DNA of 64,000 bases from Felis catus. Its lineage: Eukaryota. A model generated the notes under the pieces. That model searched no databases and was not told the origin of the DNA. It saw only the letters and a program-made list of their open reading frames with translations. The stretch's first letter is position 1, and each line of letters starts with the position of its first letter. Shown piece after piece: positions 1 through 11,357 of this stretch. The translations under genes were made by a program, and so were the position numbers. The stretch is taken from positions 24,058,001 to 24,122,000 of the forward strand of contig NC_058368.1 of the NCBI RefSeq assembly GCF_018350175.1. Direction: 5' to 3'.

Positions 1-156
1 GGGAGGGGCAGAGAGAGAGGAAGACACAGAATCTGACATAGGCTCCTGGCTCTGAGCTGTCAGCACAGAGCCCAAAGCGAGCCCAAACTCACGAACCGTG
101 AGATCTGACCTGAGCCTAAGTCGAATGCTCAACCCACTGAGCCACCCAGGCGCACC
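1..156 (-). mobile_element. Can-SINE (SINEC), 3' part runs off the window start
   Basis: Reverse complement of the tRNA-derived head (…ctcaacccactgagccacccaggcgcacc) plus the ggggcagagagagagg-agacacagaatc body. Confidence 0.92.
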
Positions 157-190
157 TAGCCAAATCTCTTTAGAAGTCAAAAGCAGATCT

Positions 191-414
191 GCGGGTGCCT
201 GGGTGGCTCAGTGGGTTGTTTGAGTGTCAGAAGTAGGCTCAGGTCACAATCTTGCCATTTTTGAGTTCAAGCCCCACGTGGGGCTTTAGGCTGACGGCTC
301 AGAACCTGGAGCCCTTTCAGATTCTGTTCCTCCCTGTCTGTGCCCATCCCCTGCTTGCGCACACTCTCTCAAAATTAAGTAAACATTAAAAATTTTTTTA
401 ATTAAAACATTTAA
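191..414 (+). mobile_element. Can-SINE with 17-bp TSD
   Basis: gggtgcctgggtggctcag head, CT-rich linker, A-rich tail; TSD aagtcaaaagcagatct (174-190) / aagtcaaaagcaaatct (415-431). Confidence 0.93.
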
Positions 415-948
415 AAGTCAAAAGCAAATCTCAAAAATCTTCACAAGACATAAACAATTTACATGTATACAATCTTAATGATATTTGCATTTTGACTTAA
501 AAGTCAAGGAATTCGACAGAATTTTAAGAATCTATAAAGGTCTTAAAAGTGGCCCTTAAAATTATAAAGGAAAACCTCAGTAAGAATCACCTGAGGGATT
601 TATCTTGCATGCAGTGTTCTGGACCCACTCAGCCCTAAGAGTCCAGTGTTTCAGGGCTGACTTTAATCACAAACTTCCAGGTCCTATCCCTAACTTTTGC
701 TGATTATTTAGTCACCCTTATCTGACTTCTGACCTGCAACCTGTTTCCGATCAATTACACTGACATTTATATCCCTCCACTAGCTGTAAGCACTCAGTCC
801 TCACATTACTGCTCGAGGTCCCAACTATAGACCAAAAATAAACAAAGAGATTTTAATTTAAATTGTATCCACAATATATACCAATAGAAAAGTGACAAGG
901 CAAATTGTCAAAGTAAAATCTTTCCCAGCAGCCGCAGTACTAAAGTGT

Positions 949-993
949 AATTATATATAAATTATATATAAATTATATATATATATATATATA
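949..993. repeat. (AATTATATATA)x3 grading into (TA)n
   Basis: Directly visible. Confidence 0.85.
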
Positions 994-2776
994 TTTTTTT
1001 TTCCTTTTTGCTCCATGATTCCAGCTTTAATTGCCTTAGGCAATTTGAAACTGCTGCCCTCAGTGCAGAAGTGAAGCTAACCCCTCCAAGGAAGATGAAC
1101 AAGTGTCCAAAACCGAAGTGGGGGTTAATTATAGCTCAAACAATTTATCTCTGGAGTCATGGCTACAAGATCCTGAAGTATAGCATCTCATTTCTTGAGC
1201 CACTTAAATAAGCAGGGAATACAAAGATCTTTTTAAAAACTTATACCAAGCCAGGGAATGTTGCCCATTTTTTTTTCCTAGTGGTAGATTTTGGTTAGTC
1301 ATTTTTCTAAAAATGATTCTAGCACTTACTATGCCTTAAATGGTCTCCAAGGAACCTGAAATGGTGACAGAGCCTCCTTAAATACAACTGGGGGTATGAC
1401 GTAGAGTCCAAGAATTATGGAGTTCAATAAATATTAATGAATTTTAATAATATCAAAAATATCCCTATAGGATATGCAGCTTATCTGATTTTTATATGAT
1501 TTTTTACAGGACAAGTTCATCTCTTGTAGAAAATGACAATGCCCTGATACCATTTTCTGAAGACAAACATTTATCATTGTGAAACTTTTTGTTTTTTTTT
1601 TAAAGCAATTTCTTCTTTCTTAAATTAAAATCAACTTCTTGGAAATCAAATATATCTATTTAAGGCCGTAATGCAAAAAAACAAAACAACCCTTGGGGAG
1701 GATTTTTATTATTAGACTTGTCAATGTATCTGTCCTCTGCTAAAAATAAACTAGGCAGAGTGCTAAAAGACAACTTTGGCAAGAGAACATAATTACTGAA
1801 CATTCAGAATGGAACATTTATAAAAATAAACACTGGACACATGCCTCGGCCCATATAGAAATTGGGCCTGGTTCTGTGTAAAGTTGCCACATTGAACACA
1901 TCCAACCAATTTTGCTATAGATTTAGCAACCCCCAAAAGAGCTATATACAATGAGTTTTCTTTTTTTACAAGCATAAACATGACTAGAAGAAAAAGATCC
2001 AATAACAGAATTTTGGTTAGTAACCTGATTTACCCAGTATATGCTCAAAAAGCTCAGAATTCAGCCCTTCCTAGGGTAGGGCTCCAGGGGAAACGCTAAG
2101 ATTGGTTTAAAAACATATGAGAACCATTAGATTCCTACATTACATACTCATGCTGCTGAATTGCTGCCCCTTCCCTGGTACAGAATGCTGGACATTTATC
2201 CTCTGGAGAAAATAAAGTACAGATCTCTGCCCTGAGGGGAAAACACACAGATAAAGACAGAGCTACCTCACTGCAAACAAGGGAGGTTATCACACTTGGG
2301 CATGGTCAATGCTGAGATCCCCAGGTTGATTCTGACACTTGGCTCCCCAAACAATGGTAGTTCTCCCTGTCAGTCTCCAGGCAAGGGGTTCCAAGAATCT
2401 TCATGGGAAATCCACTCAGCCTAACAAGAAATAGCCAAAGATACCAACTTCCACATCTGGAGTTTCCTCAACAGTGAGACCAACCTGAAGTGAAGGGCAC
2501 CAAAGGAAATCCCACTGAACTTTCCGTCACTTTTGCTAGCCCCTACCCTTCTACGAGCAGACAACCAAAAATCACCAGACACCTCACATATGCCTCTCAG
2601 ATGGATACCAAAAGACACAAACAGAAGAAAAAAACTTAGAAACAGACTGTCAAGGGATAAGAAAATTCCAAGGCAAAAGGAAATTCCAAACCATTACTAT
2701 TAATATCCTCAGAGAGGTAAGAGAAGGATCATATATGTGAAAGAATTCAATCATCCAATAAGAAACATTTAAAGCA

Positions 2777-3112
2777 GCAGTTTTAAACCTTTTTAGTATA
2801 AATATTCCTTACCTAAATACTTTCAAAAATTGTTGGCCCCCCAAAGCTTTTGTTTTTGTAGGTTATCAGTATGTATCTTATTAGAAGTGAAACCAAATTT
2901 AAAAATATGTATTCCACATAACCAAATATTATGTAGGATATTTAAGTAAAAACAAAAGTAATGCATTTTTATGAAAAAATATTTTACAAAACAAAAAATC
3001 ATCAGTGACAATCGTTACTTTGCTTTAGATTTTTTCAATTCTCTTCAATGTCTAGCTTAATAAGACAGCTGGATTCTCACATCTGTTTCCGCATTCCATC
3101 TGTTACAGATCA
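2777..3112. mobile_element. hAT-Charlie DNA transposon fragment (Charlie4-like)
   Basis: cagttttaaacctttt…ccccaaagcttttgttt…gcttaataagacagctggattctcacatctg matches recalled Charlie-type consensus. Confidence 0.6.
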
Positions 3113-3616
3113 TCCAATATTCACTTAAATAATTTTAGAAAAAGAAAACAAAGGATATCATTATAGAAATGATTCAACAGAGTTTGTCAGAACTAAGGAC
3201 ATGAGTTCCAGATTGAAAAATTCCATCAAATGTCTAAGTCACAGAATAAAACTAGACACACTAGTCTACGTCATTGTAGACATTTCAGAATCTGAGCTGA
3301 AGATCATACAAGTCTCCAGAGAGAAAAAGATTAAGTCAAACGTGAAGGATCAGGAAATAGAAAAACCTCAAATTTCTCAATGGCAATTCTGGAATCTAAA
3401 TGGAACAACGTCTCCAAAATACTGAAAGATAATTATTTATAACCAAACTGCCATCAAGTTTAAGGACAGAAGAGAGACATTTATAGTAGCAACACAAGAT
3501 CCCAGAATGTGTTTCTTCATACACTATTCCCAGAAAACTACCAGAAAATGTGTTCCTATAAAACAAGTCCTTAAACCACATATTAAAAACAAAGGGACAC
3601 AAGAAACAGAAGACAC

Positions 3617-3814
3617 GGGAGCCTGGGTGGCTCAGTTTGTTGAACACCCAACTTTGGCTCAGGTTATGATCCTGAGGTTCATGAGTTCAAGCCCTACATC
3701 AGTGTACAGCCTGTTTGGGATTGTCTCTCTCCCTCTTTCTCTGCCTCTCCCCTGCTCGCTCTCACTCCCTCTTTCTCAAAATAAATAATAAACTTAAATA
3801 ATAATTTTAAAAAA
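3617..3814 (+). mobile_element. Can-SINE with internal deletion
   Basis: gggagcctgggtggctcag head, CT-rich tract, aaaataaataataaac tail; partial TSD aaacagaag. Confidence 0.9.
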
Positions 3815-4248
3815 CAAACAGAAGGTTCCCAAGGTAACACATCTGTGACACAGGTATAGAAAGCAAACAGCCCGAAGGAAACAGATCAGAAATCATCAAG
3901 AGAGACTTCTATAAATAGATAAACCTGTGTGTACAGAGAATATATTTACACAACTGTTACAAAGTATGTGATTAATATCACAAATATAGAAAGATAAGCA
4001 AACATGCATAATTACTAATGCCAGGAAAGACCAAAAGTTGTACGTGAAGGAAATATGATCATAGCTTACTAACTTAGCTCTAAATAACACGCCCAAAGTT
4101 AATGTAAGATTTAACAGAAGTTACATTCTAGTTATATTGAGTCAACAATATGCCTGTCAAGGTAAAAAGGGAAAAATTTGGTAGTTCCTGATCTTCCAAG
4201 TGTCAATCAACAGAAAATATTAAACATTGATGTAAGAAGAAACGTAGT

Positions 4249-4478
4249 GGGACACCTGAGTGGCTCAGTTAAGTGTTAACTCATAGCGTGTGACTCCTGA
4301 TTTTGGCTCAGGTTGTGATCTCACAAACCCGGAGATGTCGTCCCATTTGGAGCTCCGCACTGATAGGGGGGACACTGCTTGGGATCCTCTGTCTACCTCT
4401 TTTTCTCTGCCCCTCTCCGGCCGGCTCATTCTCCCTCAAAATAATAAAAAAACTTGAAACAAGAAAAAAGAAAAAAAA
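4249..4478 (+). mobile_element. Can-SINE (older subfamily)
   Basis: gggacacctgagtggctcagtt head, ctgcttgggat..ctct linker, A-rich tail; gtagt on both flanks. Confidence 0.88.
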
Positions 4479-5784
4479 GTAGTAATACACACGTATTATA
4501 TATAGACATGGAAGTAAACTGCAAAACCTTAGGTAAAAATATTCTAAGAGGGTACATCTGTAGAAAAGGAAATAAGGTTACTTTGCATCCTACCAATCTT
4601 GCATAGTTATTTGACTCTTTCATTGTATAAACAGGATGAAACACAACATTTTTAACATCATACAAGCTTCAAAAAGCAAAATAAAGTGCATTTTAAAAAA
4701 GCAGCCTTTGGGGGAAATAAAGGTAACACTATAGTCCAGTTTTGGTTAGGTCTTAAACATTTGAGTTTTTGAGGAGAGTGAACACATATACCACAAATTG
4801 AAGCTTATGTCCTTAAACATTATATCTTTGCTAAATTCCATTATCCCATGTGAATTGCAACAATGAAAATTCGCCAGGCAATATAATCATAGGAACCTAA
4901 AAATTTTGATAATTATTTTCTAAGCTAACAATAAAATTCGAGAAGGAATCCTGTCATTACTGCTTTATAAAGGCTTGTTTCCATAGTATGATTGTTTCAA
5001 AGATCGAATACATATTAAAGCTAAAAGCTAGTCTCATACGCAATCTTACTAAAGATAAAGCCAAGGAAAAATTTTATTGCATCTGATATAGATTATGGTA
5101 TTATCTCACTCTTAGGTATTTTGGTTTCCTTTCCACTATTGGCCACATACTAAGATCTCAATAGATCCTAATATTAACAATGATACACTTGAAGGCAATT
5201 CTGCTAAAAACCATATGTCAGTCTTTGTTCCAAATCATGTTTGTTCCAAATACTTTGTTAGGCGGTCCAGAAAAAGGGGATGTGTACCCTAAAAAGCCTA
5301 GACTCATGCTTGGACTATTTCTCTGGTTAGTCATAAGTTCATAAGCAACTGGTTTCATTCTTCTCATTAAATTTCAGTATGCCCTACTTGCTGTCAATCA
5401 TCCAAGTTACCCTGGAACAGAACTAGAGTAGCTCACTCCCTGGGAAGAAACAGACATCACATTTCCCAAGCGCGGCAGTGGGATAGGCTTCTCTGAGTTT
5501 GACTGAAAGACATTCTTTTAGCTCATACACTCACAGGCAAGTGCTTTGAAGGAAACTCTCTCTGAAGCTGTACTAAAATGGAAATAGAGGGAGTCTAAGA
5601 AGCCATACACAAGGAGGTTCTGTGATTCACTACTGTTTTATGTCAATGGGAATAAGACATGATGGGTCCTCAGCCACAATGATAGAGAATGATGAAGAAC
5701 AGGAAAAGGCCCATTCATGGTGGGACAGGGCCTCAGGAACCACCATGGTGAAAAGTGAAGAAGCAACAAGAAAAGCAGCAAACA

Positions 5785-5957
5785 GGGGCACCTGGGCAGC
5801 TCGGTCACTTAAGCGTCTGACTTTGGCTCAGGGCATGATCTCCAGGTTTGGGAGTTCGAACCCCGCATCGGGCTCTGTGCTGACAGCTCAAAGCCTGAAG
5901 CCTGCTTTGGATTCTGTCTCTCTGTCAAAACTAAATAAAATTACAGAAAAAGAAAAC
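5785..5957 (+). mobile_element. Can-SINE lacking most of the CT-rich tract
   Basis: ggggcacctgggcagctcggtc head, B box gagttcgaaccc, short tail. Confidence 0.9.
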
Positions 5958-6394
5958 ATGGGATTGAAATCAAAGACCTAAGTTGAAATATCAGGTCTAA
6001 TCCTTTCTAGCTGTCTTGTCTAAATTACTTGTCCAGCAAGTAATTTATCCTTTTAAGTTCAGTTCTTGTTAGTGAAGTTACAAAGTTAATACCTGTTTTT
6101 AATCTAATATAATTCATATAAAGCTCGAAAGCAGTAGGCTCTGTGTATTATTGTAGTAGTAATAAGGCACAGCTATCTCAGGTCAGGTTAATTTCAGTTA
6201 TGATGCACAAAGTGCTCTCTCTTGATTTGAAGCACACCAAGTCTCAACGGCAGAATTTAAAATTCTGGTGTCATGTAGGAGGGCTGGTCACTAGATCAAT
6301 TAATGTTGATGTAGCAGCCTGGACAGGACACAGAGGTCCGGGAAGAAGTTAGACACAATACTACTTCTCAACTCCCCTGGTTTCCATAAAGACA

Positions 6395-6835
6395 GATGAT
6401 AGGCATAATAATAGCACCCCTAAAGAGATCGACATCCTCATGCCTGACACCTAGCAAATATTATATGTGACCTGACAGTTATGATTAAGGATCATGAAAT
6501 GGGGCAAGTATCCTGGAAGGTCTCCATTGGTGGGCCAACGTCATCACAAGTGTTTTTTTTTTTTAAGGGAGGAGGGTCAGAGTCAGAGACACGACAAGGG
6601 AAGCAGAAATTGAAGTGATGCCATTACTGGAAAGGAGCCATTAGCCCAGCAATGTGGGCAGCCATTACCAGCTGGAAAATTCTCTGCAAGAGCCTCAAGA
6701 ATGCACCCTGCAGACTTCTTGATGTTAGCCCAGGAGACCCACTTTCAGACTTTCAACCCCCAAAATTCTAAGGTACTTGTGTTGTCTGAGGTCACTAAGC
6801 CTATCATAATTTGTCACAGCAGCAATAGGAATACA
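6395..6835 (+). mobile_element. MaLR solo LTR (MLT1D-like)
   Basis: taggcataataatagcacccctaaaga start and taatttgtcacagcagcaataggaataca end are typical MLT1 termini. Confidence 0.8.
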
Positions 6836-8877
6836 GACTTTCCCATAACACCCCTGGCCTGTCCCCACTCTTTACTCTTCACCCTAGAGTTTCACTGAGA
6901 AGCCATATAGTTAACTCAGCCTCTCCTTACTCCCTTCCTCCTAGGGGCAGACCTTGCAGGAAGCATACACCTCCCTGGGTTCTCCAGGCCATTGCTTCTA
7001 CAGGCACCAACCCCCATGCAGGGTGGGTGGAAGGTGTGCGGTCTTTCAGCGCTGCCTATGTTTGGATGAGTATCCAGTTCTGGAGGTTGGTATAGGCAAC
7101 CCACCAAAGAAGCAAATGTAAGCCATATCCTCTGATCCAGCTATAATCACTAATAAAGCTAATAGATTCACCCCCACCTGTCTGCTTTACTTCTCACATG
7201 ATTCAGAACTCAGGTGGACAAAGGCAAAGAACCCTGTTTCAAGCATTGAGATTCTCAAAAGTTATGCATGATGCTACCATAGAGATTCAATTCTTAGGAG
7301 AGGAAATGGGGACAGAAAGATAGCCCTTTTATTCAGACAATATAGAAGGCTGAGATTGATATATTTAAGAGTCAACATGGAAGACAGACTGCTATCCTCA
7401 AGGTATCCTTTTACAAGTAAGGATTCTAAATCCTTAATCTACCTGCACCTAAAACCACCTGCACCTCAGACTGCAGGTGGAGGTGATCAGTGGGTCTGGC
7501 TTTCGAACATTAGAGAAAGCAAGACTACAGCTGGCATTCTGGACACACAGCTCAGAAAAAACCTAAAGAGCTAGCCTAAAATGTATCCACGGTCTTTTTT
7601 TCAAATAGGCAAATATCATACCACAAGCATGTGAGTTGGCATTTTCAGTTTTGCAAAGAAGGAAAGGCAATCACCCTCAAATTTCTCAACCAATTTCACA
7701 AGATGGTGCTCTGATGATTCCATCATGAGAATTCTCTTTGAGGCTACAAAGAGAACTTGGAGACAAACACACAGTTCTTTGGGGTCTAATTATTGCTGAT
7801 TTTGTTAGAGAAAATATATGAAATTCCATTCCACTCCCAAATAACATGGAGATACTCATCATCCTCATGATAGGCATAAAGCAAACAAACATTTTGTATC
7901 TATTTTTATTTTTTCAGTCAGAATAACATATTGATAAGACCATTAAGAGACATTGATTGAAATTATCAATCATTTCACCAAGTTAGGAAAGCACTTCCCA
8001 GCTGTGGATTGATCCCTGAAGAGGCTGGCTCTAATGATCTCCATCATTATCGCAGCTAGGAACAGCCCATGGGGAGCCTCAGCCTCCAGGGTAAGAATTT
8101 ACAGCCCAAATGAAATTTCATTACTCAATAAAGTAGAAAGCAACTAAGTCTAAGATCATCGCTCCTTCCTTCTCTTCTTTGTTCATTCAGTTTTTAGAAC
8201 CCTCCCTAACTTACTGCATTCCAGAGAACAACTCAACGAAATCAGTTCCTCTCTGAAGAGTAATTTGGAGTGTGTGGTTAACTGGGTGAAATGCAGACCA
8301 TACAGAAAATTAAGTCGATAGAGAAGGTGGACGTATAGCTAAGAGCAAGAGCTCTGCCTTGGAAAGTGGCAACACAGAAGAAATGGGAGGAATAAACTCC
8401 TTCTCTGTTTCTCTGTAAAAAAGAGAAAAAGATTTTGTAAATAATTAGTTTTGAAGAAGTATTTCAGTAGGCTCCGTGGCATCTGAAAAGAGCACTGTTA
8501 TGTGCACAGACTGACTTGAGTTACTCAAGATTAAGTCACATTATAAAGAGGGGTTTGGTTATAAGCAAATTCCCATTTTTAGACAGTAGGAAAGAAGCTT
8601 AGTACATGTTAAGTCATCAGCTTTGAAATTAATTGGAATAATGTAGTCTTTAAGGAAATGATGTATGGTCAAGGAGCTTTTTTATCTGTTCATTTAAGTC
8701 CACAGGAAATGAGACCCTGGGAGGGTTCCTTTTCAACCAGGGTCATGTTGGTGGACATTAGATAGAAGAATGTTCATGATATCAAGTTCTATCACAGGAA
8801 AGTATGAGAAATTTAAATATACAGTATCTACAAAATGTACAGTCCCCTTTTTAATTTCATCTACCTTAGTACTTTGG

Positions 8878-9000
8878 TTTATTCAACATACATTTATTGA
8901 GCACCTACTATATGCCAGGCTGAGAGGCTCAGAAATACATTAAAATACAAAGACCTTGCCTTTAAGACACTTGATATATGTAAGACAAACATGTAGAGCA
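8878..9000 (-). mobile_element. L2 3'-end fragment
   Basis: ttattcaacatacatttattgagcacctactatatgccaggc is the reverse of the L2 3' terminus. Confidence 0.7.
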
Positions 9001-9723
9001 GAGGGAAGAGTATCTGTGCTAGCTACTCTTGGCCTTGAGGCATTCTAGTCACTATTCCAAGTGTCATCCTGGTTTCTCAACTGCTAGTTACTGGTCTGCA
9101 AGGAATTCAACACAAAGTGAGACTATACCTTTAGAAAATTTTATGTAAGGTTGAAATTAATGCCATATCTAAGCATATGATCACTTTTCTAGTAATTCAT
9201 TTATTCTGTATGTTACATAACTTCAGACCATAACATATTTGTAATTAAAATACATATATATGTGAATATGTATGTACATGTGTATATGTGTACATATACA
9301 TACATGTACATATAACCAGTCCTTAAGCACAGAGCTTTTGAGAAACACTAAACATTTTAGAGAGTTCATATCAGAACTAAGTTAATCTGTGCAAATAGCA
9401 TCACTTTAGAATCCTTTCCCACCCCACCCTCACAATTCACTCCAAAAGATTAGGTAAATGTTCTTATAACAACTCATTGCAAAGTCCAGAAATATGCCTA
9501 AAAACTTTCTTTTAGCTTATAGCCTGGGAACATGCTGGCTATCTAGGATCCTTAAACAAGCTTTATTTGTCCTGTTCAATATCTTTAAATTTTTTATCCC
9601 CCTATTGAAAATGTACAAAATTTCAAAAACAAATCTAGATAATTGTCTTTTCTTAGAAAATAAGAAAATGTGGGAACACAGGCCTATAGCCCACAGGATT
9701 GTGATCCAAAGAAATGGAACCCA

Positions 9724-9935
9724 CGGGCACTTTGGTGGCTCAGTCAATTTAGCATCCAGGTTTGGCACAGGTCATGATTTCATGGTTCATGAATTTGAGC
9801 CCTGCATCTGTGCTGACATCTTAGAGCCTGGAGTCTGCTTTGAATTCTGTGTCTCCCTCTCTCTCTGCCCCTTCCCCGCTTGTACTCTGTTTCTCTCTCT
9901 CTCTCTCAAAAATAAACATTAAAAAAGAAAGAAAA
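9724..9935 (+). mobile_element. Can-SINE with TSD
   Basis: Head, (CT)n and aataaacattaaaa tail; TSD aaatggaaccca (9712-9723) / aaatggtaccca (9936-9947). Confidence 0.92.
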
Positions 9936-10374
9936 AAATGGTACCCAAATCTCTCCTTTGAGTTGCATACTTGTCCTCTGTAGATATTTGAATTTAGCAC
10001 ATTTACTTTTCTTCATTTCCTTGGTCTCTTTGGGGATGTCAGTACATCCCAGCTCATCCCCTATAGCTATCTTGCCTATAACTTTTTGCGGCCCAAATAG
10101 GAAACTAGGGACCCCTGTGGTAAATAAAATATGGACAGGTTGTAATTTTCAAAAGCAGAATACTAGTTTTGGTTCAAGAAATTCTGAGGTGATGGGGAAA
10201 ATGAGAGGTTTTCCAAATACCACTCATTAGAGATAATCCCTGAAAAGTTGGATGGTAAAAACCACACACTTCTGGAGTGTAACAGGGAAGAAATTTTGTC
10301 TATAAAACTGAACTCCTAGAAGAAAAACTTGAGAAACTGTCCTTTTCCTCATAGCATCTCCTAATTTCATGAAG

Positions 10375-10945
10375 ATTTATTCACTAAACAAATGTTTATG
10401 TAGTACTTGCTATGTAGCAATCCTATACACCATGGATTCAGTTGTGGACAAAATTAAGTCCCCACCGTTATGGAACTTACATTCCAATCAAGAGACAGAG
10501 ACAATAAACAACCCCAAAAATGTATGAATAAGTAATATAATTTCAGACAGTAACTATGGTGAAGAAAACAAAACAGGACAACAGAATACGACATGACTGG
10601 GTATTTGTATCAGGGAGAAGTGGTCCTCTATAGTGGTTGGCAAAGGACTCAAAAAAGATGATGTTTTATTATAAGACAAAAATTAGGAGAAGACACCCAC
10701 ATGGACATTTTGTGGGACATAAAAAGTCACAGAAAAGAAGGAAATGGGGAACTGGCAGGGACATATTTAAGGTGGTCAGCCAGACTGATGAAATGAAGAA
10801 AAACAGATGGTCGACTCAAGCACCTACAGGTAGTCTGGTACACAACCTCAAGAAGAGAACTGCCAAAGAGATTTCCAGGCTAAGGAAAGAGCACACAGGT
10901 CCTGAAATAGGAGCGAGTTTGAAATGTCACGGAACTTATAAAGGT
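10375..10945 (-). mobile_element. L2 fragment
   Basis: atttattcactaaacaaatgtttat…tacttgctatgt…ggaacttacattcca…gagacagagacaataaacaa, reverse L2 3' region. Confidence 0.6.
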
Positions 10946-11339
10946 TTCCACATGTTTCTTGTTCTTCTTTGGAGGACTTTTTCTAAATTGCCCCAGGATT
11001 CTCAGAAAACCACTACTGATAGGACAAATTGTCATCTACTGACTTTAGCTTAGTCCTTATTATTTCCGCCATGTTTTCACCTTTGCTTCTTCTCCATGCC
11101 ACTCCCCAGTACCTGATAACATCCCTGTCAGCACCATCATCACTAGAACCAAAGTCTAAGACAAAAGTTTGAATTTACTGCCAAGTGATATACCAAGTAA
11201 TGACAGTGAGTCAGGCATGTGATATCCAGGCACAAAATGGGAGTGGTATTTGAAGATTTGTCCTAATTCTATTGTGCACATTTTAATAACCCATGTCTTA
11301 AAGGCCCCTGGTGAATTTCAATGGTACAGGAAAACTTTT

Positions 11340-11357
11340 GAAAATTACGGGATGGTA
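11340..11357 (+). repeat. Left target-site duplication of the NONO retrocopy
   Basis: gaaaattacgggatggta vs gaaaattatgtcatggta at 13052-13069 (15/18); preceded by tttt, consistent with an L1-endonuclease-type site. Confidence 0.8.

Larger units (their letters stand above)
2050..4240 (+). mobile_element. HAL1 / ancient L1 ORF1-type element, degraded, interrupted by a DNA transposon and a SINE
   Basis: 3190-3480 translates to ORF1p-like remnants (…LKIIQVSREKK…, aaggatcaggaa…, caaactgccatcaag); 3820-3910 resembles the recalled HAL1 3' region; boundaries approximate. Confidence 0.65.

Noticed and set aside
9271..9312. Near-perfect palindrome tatgtacatgt…acatgtacata
   Set aside because: Expected by-product of a low-complexity alternating purine-pyrimidine tract
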